DNA from: an uncultured delta proteobacterium
GTDB lineage: Bacteria; Myxococcota_A; Polyangia; Polyangiales; Houyiibacteriaceae
Direction of reading: 5' to 3'
NCBI GenBank assembly: GCA_963699755.1
Contig: CAVOVB010000005.1
Span: forward strand, 96,001 to 160,000
Length of the DNA: 64,000 bases
Part shown: in pieces, positions 21,137 to 31,035 of the stretch
How positions within the stretch are numbered: the first letter of the stretch is position 1
Layout: each line of letters starts with the position of its first letter
The notes under the pieces: generated by a model
Seen by the model: the letters and a program-made list of their open reading frames with translations, nothing else
Databases searched by the model: none
What the model was told of the DNA's origin: nothing
Program-made: the position numbers and the translations under genes

Positions 21137-21658
21137 GTGGGTCAGTCCTTTCATTACCAAGGCCATTTGGGCAGGGTGATTGTGGGTGGGCTCCCTGGCT
21201 CGTAGGGATCGCCGTTGTAGATAACGTCGTCGATGGGGCCCATTTGCGGTACCCCATCGCGGCACAGCCCAAAGAGATTCGCAGCCGGATACAGGGGGGT
21301 CGTCCTTGTCCTCGGCGATGACCACGGTCAGGCCGAGCGCCGACAAAAACGCATCTTTGTAGGTGAGCGGGATCTCGGCGGTTTGCTTACGGATCATCGT
21401 GCGAAAGCTCCGATCGATGCTTTCGGCCACGATCGAGTTGATGGTCGATTTTATCGTTCCGCGCTGGTCGTTACAGATGAAGTTGATGGCGCGCCACGGG
21501 TCCATCGAGGTGAGCGCTTCGTCGTGGCGAAACACGAGTTGCCCCGCGGGCACCGTCTCGAAGCCAGGCTCTTGGCCCGGTGCGACATCGGGTGTCCAGG
21601 TATCCCCTCCATCGCCCAAATGGTGCACCTCTGACCTCCGAGACTGCCCCAGGCGACT

Positions 21659-21693
21659 ATGAATTTGGATGAAGTTTTATGAATTAAGATGAA
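21659..21693 (+). promoter_or_regulatory. Four ATGAA direct repeats at 10-bp period (putative OmpR-family binding site)
   Basis: ATGAA at 21659, 21669, 21679 and 21689, upstream of the response regulator. Confidence 0.6.
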
Positions 21694-21756
21694 GACCTGC
21701 GGTCGGTGCTAGGCGCGCGGTGCGTGGATCGATATGCTCGGCCGCAGGACGAATCG

Positions 21757-22455
21757 ATGCGCTGTACGGTTGGCCTCGTTGAAGATGACGATGTGATTCG
21801 CGAGAACTACGCGGACTTTCTTCGCTCCCGCGGTTTTGGGGTTCAGGCGTTCGGCGATCGTGCAAGCGCACTCGATTCGTTTCGCCTCGACATGCCCGAT
21901 GTTGCGGTCCTCGACGTGGCGCTTGGCGAAGAGCGCGATGGTGGGCTTCTGCTCTGCTCGGACATTCGGCGCTTTTCGCAGACGCTGCCGGTGATCTTCT
22001 TGACCTGCCACGACAACGAAGTGGACCGGATTACAGGGCTGCGAGTCGGGGGCGACGACTATCTGTCCAAAGAGAGCAGCTTCGAGTTCTTGGCGGTGCG
22101 CATCGAGACCCTGCTCGAACGGCGAGAGGCGGTCTTGAGGGGCGATGCCAACGACGGACCATCCACCCAACTCATCGTCGGGGATCTCACGATCGACCTG
22201 CAGAAGGCCGCGGTGACTTGGAGGGGGATCCCGGTGCAGCTCTCGCTCACGCAGTACTGGATGGTGCTGGCGCTCGCCTCGGCACAACCGAAGCCCAAGA
22301 GCGCGGGGGAGCTCATGGAAACTGCGAAGATCAGCGTGGCCTCGAATACGGTGGCGGTACACATCCGGGCCGTTCGCGGGCGCTTCATGGCGGTGGACCC
22401 TGAATTCGACGCGATTCGGACCGAGCGGGGACACGGATATCGCTGGGTGCTGTGA
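21757..22455 (+). CDS. OmpR-family response regulator, PdsR-like
   Basis: LVEDDDVIRENY, VLDVALG, PVIFLT, DDYLSK; winged helix LTQYWMV...HIRAVR...DPEFDAIRTERGHGYRW. Confidence 0.9.
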   Translation: MRCTVGLVEDDDVIRENYADFLRSRGFGVQAFGDRASALDSFRLDMPDVAVLDVALGEERDGGLLLCSDIRRFSQTLPVIFLTCHDNEVDRITGLRVGGDDYLSKESSFEFLAVRIETLLERREAVLRGDANDGPSTQLIVGDLTIDLQKAAVTWRGIPVQLSLTQYWMVLALASAQPKPKSAGELMETAKISVASNTVAVHIRAVRGRFMAVDPEFDAIRTERGHGYRWVL

Positions 22456-22613
22456 GGCGGGTCACACCCCGCTCGCCGCGAAAAGCGATACGCTCGGCGT
22501 CGAAAAAAATTACGCAACCGCCGCACCGAATCGTCGATAACCGGTTCATCGAGATGTTATCAGCCCTGCAAACAGATCCGAGCTGCGTCCAGCGCGCGTT
22601 CCCTCCGCGTTCG

Positions 22614-24020
22614 ATGAGAGCGCTGGCTTGGACTGGGCTGCTCGCTCTCTCGAGCTGCGGTGGAATCAGCTGCCCCGAACCGTTGAGCGACGTCGATGGG
22701 ACCTGTCTGAAGCTCGACCCTGTCGCCGAGCCAGACCCTGTCGCCGAGCTGGATCCTGTCGCCGAGGTCGAAACCTGCGACGGCGTTGACAACGACGGAG
22801 ACCGTGAGGTCGATGAAGATTGGCCGGAGCTCGGCGCGCCCTGCGGCGAAGGCGCAGGGATGGGCGAGTGCGTCGGAGGCACATGGCATTGCGCCCGCGA
22901 TGGCAAGGGCGTCATCTGTGACGGCGCGGTCGGTCCGGTCCCGGAGCTCTGCGACGGGAAGGACAACGACTGCGACGGCCTGGTCGACGAAGGCGTCTTG
23001 TCGACCAAGGGTGAGTTGTTTGCCGACCTTGCCACCGTCGCGGCGGTCAATGGCGGGTTCGCGGTCACCCACCTCGTTGGCAACAGAATTCAGGTCGAGA
23101 CCTACGACACGAACGGTGAATCGACCGGCAGCGTCGACCAGGTCGATAGCCCATCGGACGATCCCGCGTTTCTGGTCTCCGATAGCGACTCTGGTCGCGT
23201 GCTCGCGGCATTCGGGCGGTACTCGTTCTACGTACTCGACGTGCGCGCCAACTCGGCGCTGGTCCCAAACATCCTGATGGCGCAAACCCTCCATGAAGAT
23301 TGGAACCAGCCGAGACCAATCGGCGGATATCCTGCCTGGGCTGCGGTGGCTCCTCCGATCCATCCGCGCGTCACGGCCTCCCCCCCGCGGTTCGTCGGGT
23401 ATCGCGACCTGCTCTCGTTTGCGGTGCGCCCCTTTGCCGAAGATCACCTCCAAGGGCTTGCGCAACCGTCGTCGCTGGCCTCGGAGATCCCGCCCGTGGT
23501 GCCCTTCGACACTGCGGGCTCGTTCCTGGTCTGGGCGCAGGGAGGCAACATCCGGGCCGGGTCGCTCGCCAACGACGGCCGGGTGGCACTCGATATCGAC
23601 GTCGACCGGGGCGGCTCTCCAAGCGCGGTCATGCGAGACGGCGGCCCGACGCTGGCATACGTGCGAGACGGTGAAGTCCGGTTTAGCGAGCTCGACGGAC
23701 TGACCTTGCAGTGTCGGAAAGAAAGCGACTGCCCCACGGCGATCGACGTCGGCGAGCTGCCCGACGACCCGAACATTCCCACCGGGCTTGCCTATGATGA
23801 TGCACGGGGTGCCTGGTGGGTGATGGCAGGCACCCAGCTCGCGGTCGTCGGCCGCAGCGAAGAGGGCCCGGTCGTCCAGCAACGAGAGACACTCGATTCA
23901 CTGGAGTATACGCCTAGACGGCTGGACGTGGTGGTCAGCGGGGGCGCTGCAGCGGTCGTGCAAGTAGGAGGCCAGGCCGACACGGTTCAATCCGCCTTAA
24001 CGTTCCTGGGGTGCTTCTAG
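22614..24020 (+). CDS. Lipoprotein with MopE-related/putative metal-binding Cys-Asp repeats
   Basis: Lipobox LSSC; ETCDGVDNDGDREVDE and ELCDGKDNDCDGLVDE motifs. Confidence 0.75.
   Translation: MRALAWTGLLALSSCGGISCPEPLSDVDGTCLKLDPVAEPDPVAELDPVAEVETCDGVDNDGDREVDEDWPELGAPCGEGAGMGECVGGTWHCARDGKGVICDGAVGPVPELCDGKDNDCDGLVDEGVLSTKGELFADLATVAAVNGGFAVTHLVGNRIQVETYDTNGESTGSVDQVDSPSDDPAFLVSDSDSGRVLAAFGRYSFYVLDVRANSALVPNILMAQTLHEDWNQPRPIGGYPAWAAVAPPIHPRVTASPPRFVGYRDLLSFAVRPFAEDHLQGLAQPSSLASEIPPVVPFDTAGSFLVWAQGGNIRAGSLANDGRVALDIDVDRGGSPSAVMRDGGPTLAYVRDGEVRFSELDGLTLQCRKESDCPTAIDVGELPDDPNIPTGLAYDDARGAWWVMAGTQLAVVGRSEEGPVVQQRETLDSLEYTPRRLDVVVSGGAAAVVQVGGQADTVQSALTFLGCF
22713..22766 (+). repeat. In-frame 18-bp tandem repeat x3 (xDPVAE)
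   Basis: ctcgaccctgtcgccgag / ccagaccctgtcgccgag / ctggatcctgtcgccgag. Confidence 0.85.
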
Positions 24021-24028
24021 GGAGCTGC

Positions 24029-25804
24029 ATGCGCTGGCTCGTTTGCGTCTTTGCTACGGTGCTCGCCGCGTTCGCAACCGTCTCGGCACAGGCCGAGGGC
24101 AGTCTCGACAGCGCTTCGTCCGAGGAGCTTCGTTGGCTGGTGGTGCCGGCATTGGGCGGTTCATCTCACCAAGCTGATGAGGGCATGCGTGTCGAACGGC
24201 TTCACACGACTGCCGAAGCACTGCGTCAGGAGCTCGCCGTCCGGGGGCATGCCGTTTGGCGTGCGGACCGCGCGTCCGAGCGCTTCGAAGTCGTGGGCTC
24301 GACGCCTGCTCCGACGATCAGCCAAAGCGATATCGATCTCTGGGTCGAGCGTTCGCGGGCGGCGGTGCGGTACCTGGCGCGCGCGGATTACAGGGCCGCC
24401 CGGCGCGAGCTCAAGGCAGCGCAGCGCTTGGCTGATCGGGCGGCGGCCGAGCTCAACCGGGAGGCGGCGCGGGCGCAGCAGGTCCTCGACACCTGCCTCT
24501 TCATGGTGCGCGCCTATGTCGAGACCAAGAACGACGCCGAAGCGCGAAAGCAGGCCCGCGAGTGCCGGCGTTTGGTCCCGCGCGTGGAGCCGAGCGCGTT
24601 CCGGCACACGCCAGAGGTTCGCGAGCTCTTGGTCGAGGTCGACCAGGAGATGGCCTCTGAGGCGCCGGGAACCTTGGACGTGCGGAGCACACCGCCCGGT
24701 TGCCTCGTCCGAATCAACGGCGTGGAGTTCGGACGCACGCCCCTCTTAGACATCGAGCTGCCGGTCGGCACCTATCGCCTGCAGGTCGAATGCGAGGACG
24801 ACGAACGAGGGCGCATTCATCGCGTCGAGGTGTCGAGCGGCCGGAATCTGTTCGAGCTGGATGCGGCACTCGAACGCGCCGTGCACACGCGGCCCGTGCT
24901 TCACCTCGATTACGCCTCGCCCGAGGCTTGGTCGCAACGGATGGCGCAGGCGCGCCAAGTGGGGAACATCCTTGGCCGCGCGAACGTGCTGGTGCTCAGC
25001 GGTCTCAGCGCAAGCGTGGTGCGTATCGACCTGAGCGCGGATGGGTACGAGCCTGCATCGGCCTGGTTGGCCGTGCGTGAGGGCGTGCCGGAGACGGAAG
25101 ATCTGCGGCGCGTCAGCGATGCCCTCTTCGAAGGCCGGTCGGTGGACTTCACGGGGCCGCATCCGATCGCCCGTCCAAGCTGGGCCGCAGACCTGGCGCC
25201 GGATCTCGCAGTCGGTATCTCTGCTGCAGCGCTGGTCGACGAGCCGGCCACGACCGAGCGCGGGGTGCCGCGGCCGCGTGATCAACGCGTTGCGGGCTGG
25301 TCGCTCTTCGGTCTCGGCGTGGCGAGCATCGGCGCGAGCGTCGGACTGCACATCTGGCGGGGCGAGCTCGGCGACCGTTTCATCGAGTCGTCCGCCAACC
25401 TCCACCCGGCCGAGCGATGGCACAACGCGCGCATCGGGGTCTGGACGACAGCGGCCTTCGGTGGCGCGGCTACCAGCGCAGCCATGCCGCTTCTCCTGCC
25501 CGACTACGAGCGAGCACCCTGGTGGGGCTGGACCCTTGGCGCGCTGGGCCTCGGGCTCACGGGCTACGCGATCTACGAAGGCGTTACGATGACGGCGTGC
25601 CCCGAGCCTTACATCGCCAACGAGTCAGCCGTCCGTGCCTGCGTGGAACGCGGCCAAGAGGCGGGGCGCCTGTCCTTGGTGTTGGCCGGAGCGGCGCCGC
25701 TCCTTTCGATTCCGCTGGTCTACCTGTTTCGCCCGCTCCGGGCAGAGCCTTCCGTTTCGGCGACTGCGGAGGGGGCCATGGTGCGGGTGCGCAAGGTGTT
25801 TTGA
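24029..25804 (+). CDS. PEGA-domain protein
   Basis: Signal peptide; GTLDVRSTPPGCLVRINGVEFGRTP...LPVGTYRLQV PEGA motif; C-terminal hydrophobic segments ending in F. Confidence 0.8.
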   Translation: MRWLVCVFATVLAAFATVSAQAEGSLDSASSEELRWLVVPALGGSSHQADEGMRVERLHTTAEALRQELAVRGHAVWRADRASERFEVVGSTPAPTISQSDIDLWVERSRAAVRYLARADYRAARRELKAAQRLADRAAAELNREAARAQQVLDTCLFMVRAYVETKNDAEARKQARECRRLVPRVEPSAFRHTPEVRELLVEVDQEMASEAPGTLDVRSTPPGCLVRINGVEFGRTPLLDIELPVGTYRLQVECEDDERGRIHRVEVSSGRNLFELDAALERAVHTRPVLHLDYASPEAWSQRMAQARQVGNILGRANVLVLSGLSASVVRIDLSADGYEPASAWLAVREGVPETEDLRRVSDALFEGRSVDFTGPHPIARPSWAADLAPDLAVGISAAALVDEPATTERGVPRPRDQRVAGWSLFGLGVASIGASVGLHIWRGELGDRFIESSANLHPAERWHNARIGVWTTAAFGGAATSAAMPLLLPDYERAPWWGWTLGALGLGLTGYAIYEGVTMTACPEPYIANESAVRACVERGQEAGRLSLVLAGAAPLLSIPLVYLFRPLRAEPSVSATAEGAMVRVRKVF

Positions 25805-26745
25805 TGCGTGTTTGGCGGCTGCAGCTTGTGGTGTTTGGGGTCGCGCTGATGGCGGCGGCGCAGGCATCGGCGCAGGCGTCGGAGTCAGCGCTAGAGGCAG
25901 TGCCAGCGTCAGAGGTAGTGCCGGCGGAAGCGTCAGAGACAGCGTCAGAGACAGCGCCAGCGAGATTGGGTCCGGAGCCGAGGGTGCTCGTGACGCCCGT
26001 GCAAGGCAGTCCGTCGCTTCGCGCGCAGCTTGGCGCTCGCATGGCCGCTGCGGTTCGGCGCGGGCTCGAGGCGCGTGGATATCGAGCGCCGGCTTCGCAG
26101 CACCTCCTCGGTCAAGCATTGATCGCTTGTCAGACTCCGGAATGCGTCGAGCTGGCGCTCGATGCGGCGCAGGTGGTGTTTGCCATCGTGCCGGCGATTT
26201 GGTCCCGGGACAGTGGCGGCGAGGAGCTCACGCTGACACTGGTCCAGAGGTCGGGGCGGAGCCTGAACGCGAGCGGGATGGTTGGGGAAGATCTCGCTGG
26301 GACGACCGACGGCTTGGTGGCGGAGTTGCTGGAGCGAAGGGCGGAGACAGGGGCAGCCTCAGGGGCGGCTTCAGGAGCAGCTTCAGGAGCAGCTTCAGGG
26401 GCAGGGGCGGCTTCAGCGTCGGGGTCGGAGATGGGGGCGTCGGAGGGAGCGAGGGGGCGGGGGCGTCCTCATGCTTGGAAGGCTGGGCCGATCATCTTGA
26501 TTGCGGGCGGGGTGGCAGCCGTTGTGGCGATCGGGGTTGGAGCGGGGACCCTGAACGACGATCAGCAGCTCAATAACTCGGCAGTCGCCGCCTGGGCGGC
26601 CGTGGGTGCCGCGGCAATCGGCGGAGGGGCCGCCTGGTGGGTCGTGGGGGGGCGGCGGCACCGAAACACGGGCGCCTCCAGGGCTGTTCTAAGCCCCGAG
26701 CTCGCTGTTCACCCCATGAAGATTGACTTGACGCTCCGGTTTTGA
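25804..26745 (+). CDS. Hypothetical exported/membrane protein
   Basis: TGATG-coupled; signal peptide, CxxxxC pair, GAAS-repeat linker, two TM helices, C-terminal LTLRF. Confidence 0.7.
   Translation: MRVWRLQLVVFGVALMAAAQASAQASESALEAVPASEVVPAEASETASETAPARLGPEPRVLVTPVQGSPSLRAQLGARMAAAVRRGLEARGYRAPASQHLLGQALIACQTPECVELALDAAQVVFAIVPAIWSRDSGGEELTLTLVQRSGRSLNASGMVGEDLAGTTDGLVAELLERRAETGAASGAASGAASGAASGAGAASASGSEMGASEGARGRGRPHAWKAGPIILIAGGVAAVVAIGVGAGTLNDDQQLNNSAVAAWAAVGAAAIGGGAAWWVVGGRRHRNTGASRAVLSPELAVHPMKIDLTLRF
26350..26415 (+). repeat. In-frame 12-bp tandem repeat (GAAS)
   Basis: ggggcagcctca / ggggcggcttca / ggagcagcttca x2, plus a further degenerate copy. Confidence 0.8.
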
Positions 26746-26759
26746 AAAAGGAGAGAGAG

Positions 26760-27725
26760 ATGATGCGATTCTCTTTCTTTCTTTTGCTTGTCACACTGGC
26801 CGCCGGCTGCATCGTCGAGGACAAGCCCCTGGCCCAGCCGGACGACGGCGGCGTCGACGCTGGCGAGCTCTGCGGCGCCGTCGTCTGCCCGGGAGACCAT
26901 CCCCTCTGCAACGACGAGCTCCAGTGCGTGCAGTGCACCGCGAGCGAAGATGCCTACTGCACCGAACGAAGCCTCGTCTGCGACGTCGAGTCGTCGACCT
27001 GCACGGAGTGCACCGACGACCGGGACTGCACCAGCCCAGCTGCGGCCCGCTGTGACGACGGCACGTGCGCGCCCTGCACCGACAACGATCAGTGCGACGG
27101 AGTGGAAGGTCTCGACCAAACCAAGAACGCCTGCGACGACGAGGGCGTCTGCGTGGACTGTACGCCGGAAACCGAAGAAGACACCTGCCCGGACATGAGG
27201 ACCTGCCATCCCATAGACAAGGTATGCACCGAAATCAATATCGGCGCGCTCGACGTCTGCGAAGAGTGCGTCTCGGACAGCCAGTGCGGCGAGGATGGAG
27301 CAGCGTCGGACGCGCACCGCTGTGTGCCGATGTACTACGAAACGGTGGATAATCGGTTTCCGAATGATCAGGCAGGGTTCTGTTTGAAGGTGTTCTCCAT
27401 GGGTGGATGTGAACAACCATACGCAATCGAAACTCCCGACAGGGAGAGCTTGTCCGGTGAACCACCTGACACCTACTGCGGGATCAATGAGACACTAGCA
27501 ACGTGTCCGGCGGTCCGCGCCCTCAAACAAAACGTAGATTGCCCTCAAGGCGACGATAGCGGTTGTCCGGAGAGTGGTCTGTGTAGAGATGTTGGAGGGC
27601 TTTCGGATACCTGCACCTACCGCTGCGCGAGCATTTTCGAGTGCCTGGAGAATATCCCCGATGGTACCCCCGGCTCCAGCTGCGGCTCATCCGGCTCCGG
27701 CAACGACGACTACTGCGGCGGTTGA
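26760..27725 (+). CDS. Cys-rich acidic lipoprotein
   Basis: Lipobox AAGC; repeated CxxCxxDxxC modules. Confidence 0.8.
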   Translation: MMRFSFFLLLVTLAAGCIVEDKPLAQPDDGGVDAGELCGAVVCPGDHPLCNDELQCVQCTASEDAYCTERSLVCDVESSTCTECTDDRDCTSPAAARCDDGTCAPCTDNDQCDGVEGLDQTKNACDDEGVCVDCTPETEEDTCPDMRTCHPIDKVCTEINIGALDVCEECVSDSQCGEDGAASDAHRCVPMYYETVDNRFPNDQAGFCLKVFSMGGCEQPYAIETPDRESLSGEPPDTYCGINETLATCPAVRALKQNVDCPQGDDSGCPESGLCRDVGGLSDTCTYRCASIFECLENIPDGTPGSSCGSSGSGNDDYCGG

Positions 27726-27867
27726 GCGTCTGCCGTTTTCCACCGAGAGGTCGAGCGAGGCACCGTCCACCGGCCCGAGGCTGACGCGAATCTCGCCGTC
27801 CAAGGCCGAGTGCCCCACCGCTGACTCCGGAGATTCGGGGGCCCCAACCCACCTGATGGGAGTCGGG

Positions 27868-29205
27868 TTAGGCCACCGGCAACCGAATTTCGAAGCAGGC
27901 TCCTGAGCCGTCTTCGCGATTGCGGGCCTCGATCGTGCCGCCGTGCGATTCCGCGATCGCCTTGGCGACGAAGAGCCCGAGGCCCGTGTTCTGACTGCCA
28001 GCCCGTTGCTTCCCGACCGTCACGAACGCGTCGAAAAGCCCCTCCATCTGCGCGGGGAGCAGGTCGCCGGCGTTCTCGACGAGGATCGAGGCGTGCCCGG
28101 GTTGGCGGCTCAGGGTGAGTCGAATCTCTCCCTCAGGCGCGCCGTGCTCGACGGCGTTCTCAAGCAGTTTGTCGAGGAGCTGCGCAAGCCGATCTTCGTT
28201 ACCGTCGACTAGGACTCCTGGCTCGACATCAGCGTGGAAGCGCCGCGTCACATGTACTTGCCGGAACGAGGCAACTCGCTCGCTCACCAGCTCAGTCAAC
28301 TCTACCGGCCCGCGTTCTTCGGTGGCCATCGCGGCTTCCAGACTCGTGGCCTCGGTTGCAGATTCGACTAGGCGACGCATTCGACCAAGGCTCCGCTGAG
28401 CGCGACTGACATAGCGTTCCGCCGTCGTGTCGAGGCTCGTCTGGTTGGTGAGCTCGAGCGACGTGCCAATGGCGATCACTTGGTTCTTGAGCTCGTGGCG
28501 CAGAAAACGCGCGAGGTTTTCGAGCCAAGTCAGCCGTTCGTGACGCAGGTCGGTCACCCGGCTCAGAAGGCCTTCACTCCGTTGCTTCTCTTCTTCGAGA
28601 CGAATGCGCTGATCGAACATCTGACGGGCTCCTTGATACTTCACGGCCGTGAACACGGTGCAGAACGCGGCACAGGTCACGAGGTAGCCCTGCGCCGCGA
28701 ACGTGTCGTATCCGCCATCCGCCACGCGCGAGAGCGCTATCTGGCCAATGGCGACCAGCTGGAGGCTCATCGCCAGTCCCCACTTCCAGCTCCACACCAG
28801 GATCCCGAGCGAGCCCAGCTGCGCGATGAGCAAAACGACCGTGTGGCTCAGCAAATCCTCGGGCGTGTACGGAATCATCGCCGCTGACTGGGCGCCCCAG
28901 CCGATGAACCAGGCCCACAGCGCGAAAAACTTGGCGCCTGGCCGTTGTAGCTTTGATGCGGCAATCGCCCAAGTGACGGCCCACGCGATCGCGGCGATAC
29001 GAAACCAGGTGAAACGCACCGCGTGCTCCGGGAAGTACTCGAAGTCTCCGGGGACCCAGGCGAGAAGAAGCACCGCGCAAATCATCGTCACCACGCCCAC
29101 AGCGCGCACACTCAGCTCAGCGGACTCAGCGTGAAAGCGCTCCCAAACGGCGGGGCTCCACTGAAGACGCTCTGGTTCGGTCCCTTCGTGCTGTAAGCGA
29201 AGCAT
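27868..29205 (-). CDS. Multi-TM sensor histidine kinase (PdsS-like kinase core)
   Basis: About 6 TM helices; WLENLARFLRHELKNQ, EATSLE, QLLDKLLENA, GLGLFVAK. Confidence 0.9.
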   Translation of the reverse strand: MLRLQHEGTEPERLQWSPAVWERFHAESAELSVRAVGVVTMICAVLLLAWVPGDFEYFPEHAVRFTWFRIAAIAWAVTWAIAASKLQRPGAKFFALWAWFIGWGAQSAAMIPYTPEDLLSHTVVLLIAQLGSLGILVWSWKWGLAMSLQLVAIGQIALSRVADGGYDTFAAQGYLVTCAAFCTVFTAVKYQGARQMFDQRIRLEEEKQRSEGLLSRVTDLRHERLTWLENLARFLRHELKNQVIAIGTSLELTNQTSLDTTAERYVSRAQRSLGRMRRLVESATEATSLEAAMATEERGPVELTELVSERVASFRQVHVTRRFHADVEPGVLVDGNEDRLAQLLDKLLENAVEHGAPEGEIRLTLSRQPGHASILVENAGDLLPAQMEGLFDAFVTVGKQRAGSQNTGLGLFVAKAIAESHGGTIEARNREDGSGACFEIRLPVA

Positions 29206-29234
29206 GGCGACGCGCCATCATACACAAGATCGAT

Positions 29235-30641
29235 TTATTCAGCAGTGTCGGTTTTCGGCTCTTTGAGTAAGGCGGCGGTCGAGTCGGCCGCCGGGAGCCA
29301 CTCGTCACCTGAAGATTGAACGTTTCGCTCGCGAGCCTCCGGCAGGCGCACCACGAATCGCGCGCCCGTCACGTCGGGAAGCGCTTCAGCCGTGATCAAG
29401 CCGCCATGATTCCGAGCTATCGACTGCGCAACGAACAAACCAAGACCCAGGTTCTCGGGCCTACTCTGAGACGATACGAACGCTTCGAAGATTCGTTGCC
29501 TGTCTTCGGGCAGCGCATCGCCTTCATTTTCCACGCTGAGCTCGAAGCACTGATCGTCCGAGCGCCGGAGCGCCACGCGGATCTCGGCTTCGGGATTCGA
29601 GTGCTCGACCGCGTTGTTCAATAGCTTGTCGAGTAGCTGGGCGAGGCGCTCCTCATTGCCCTGAACGAACAGCCCGGGCTTGAGCTCAAGCGTGAGTTGC
29701 TTCGACGGGTGGAGCTGCTGGAACGTCAGTACTCTGTCGGCTACCAAGGCGCTGAGATCCACCCGCGCCACCTCGTCGACAGCCAATGCTGCCTCGAGGC
29801 TCGTCGCCTCCGTTGCAGACGACACCAGCCCGCGCATGCGATGGAGGCTTCGCTGTGCTCGGTCGAGGTAGATCCGATTGGCGTCGAGCGAGTCTCCACT
29901 TTGCGCGAGGTCGATCGACGTGCTCATCGCCACCATCTGATTCTTGAGCTCGTGGCGCAGAAAGCGAGCGAGGTTTTCAAGCCAGTTCAGGCGCTCCTGG
30001 CGCATGCTGGTGATATCCTGCAGCAAGCCCTGGGTGAGCGCCTTCTCTCGTTCCAAGCGCTCTTGCGCTTGAAACGTCTCGTACGCGCTGCGTTCTACCT
30101 GGACGCTATGGAGCACGGCGAAGCCAACCCCCGCCACTAGGAAAATGGCGTGGCTTCGGACCAGGAAACTCGGTTCCCCGTGAAGCATCATGAGGGCGAT
30201 GGTGCCGACCGTTGCGATCGCGCCCGCTCCGGCTGTGGCCCAACCATCTGCGGAAAAGAGTACCGAGGATGCGGTAATGCAAATGAGCACACCCGCGATG
30301 CCGATCGCGAAACCCTGTGGCACCAACGAGAGAATCACGGCAACGCTGAGCCCAACCGAACCGATCAGCCCTAGGACGCACCAGTTGTACCATCTCCTGA
30401 AGCTCGCAAGGCCGCTCGCCAGAAACAGCAGCATGCCCAACCCGAGAAATACCAATCGTATCCCGAGAATGTTCCCTAGGCTCATCGGTGCAACGATCAC
30501 ATCCCAGCAAACGAACGCCATGTATACGAACGCCGCGACCAATATGTTTCGCCGGAACAGCTTGGCCTGCGTGTCCTGGTAGAGGTCGCGGAATCGGGCC
30601 ATGTCGCCTGCGGTCGAGCTTGCTGTTTGAAGGAAGTTCAT
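29235..30641 (-). CDS. Multi-TM sensor histidine kinase (paralog of 27868-29205)
   Basis: About 6 TM helices; WLENLARFLRHELKNQ, QLLDKLLNNA, GLGLFVAQ. Confidence 0.9.
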   Translation of the reverse strand: MNFLQTASSTAGDMARFRDLYQDTQAKLFRRNILVAAFVYMAFVCWDVIVAPMSLGNILGIRLVFLGLGMLLFLASGLASFRRWYNWCVLGLIGSVGLSVAVILSLVPQGFAIGIAGVLICITASSVLFSADGWATAGAGAIATVGTIALMMLHGEPSFLVRSHAIFLVAGVGFAVLHSVQVERSAYETFQAQERLEREKALTQGLLQDITSMRQERLNWLENLARFLRHELKNQMVAMSTSIDLAQSGDSLDANRIYLDRAQRSLHRMRGLVSSATEATSLEAALAVDEVARVDLSALVADRVLTFQQLHPSKQLTLELKPGLFVQGNEERLAQLLDKLLNNAVEHSNPEAEIRVALRRSDDQCFELSVENEGDALPEDRQRIFEAFVSSQSRPENLGLGLFVAQSIARNHGGLITAEALPDVTGARFVVRLPEARERNVQSSGDEWLPAADSTAALLKEPKTDTAE

Positions 30642-30642
30642 C

Positions 30643-31035
30643 TTACGTCACCTCTCTGGGCAAGCGTACCTCGAAGCGAGATCCGGGAGACTCGCGAATC
30701 TGGAGACTCGTCGCCTCCGTGGGGCTCTGTACCAAGCAGTTCATTCGGGCGAGGCTACGCCGCGCACGATCCAAGTATCGGTCTGGTGGCGCAGCAAGAG
30801 GGCTACGTTCCAGCAGGTCTAGCGAAGTGCCCATCACCGCAACTTGGTTCTTCAGCTCGTGACGCAGGAACCTCGCCAAGCTCTTGAGCCAATTCTGGCG
30901 CTCGTGACGCACGACCGCGACGCGATCCAGGAGCTCACGGATTCGCGTCTTTTCCTCCTCGAGCTGGAAGCGCCTTTGGAAGTCTGCCCGCACCATCTGC
31001 AGGTGTAGTTCCTGCGACACTAAGAGGATGCCCAT
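30643..31035 (-). pseudogene. Truncated third kinase paralog: DHp only, sensor and ATPase domains missing
   Basis: WLKSLARFLRHELKNQ...EATSL joined almost directly to the terminal GSRFEVRLP. Confidence 0.75.

Noticed and set aside
22713..26415. Short tandem repeats considered as a CRISPR-like array
   Set aside because: They are in-frame coding linkers without unique spacers, and no cas genes are present.
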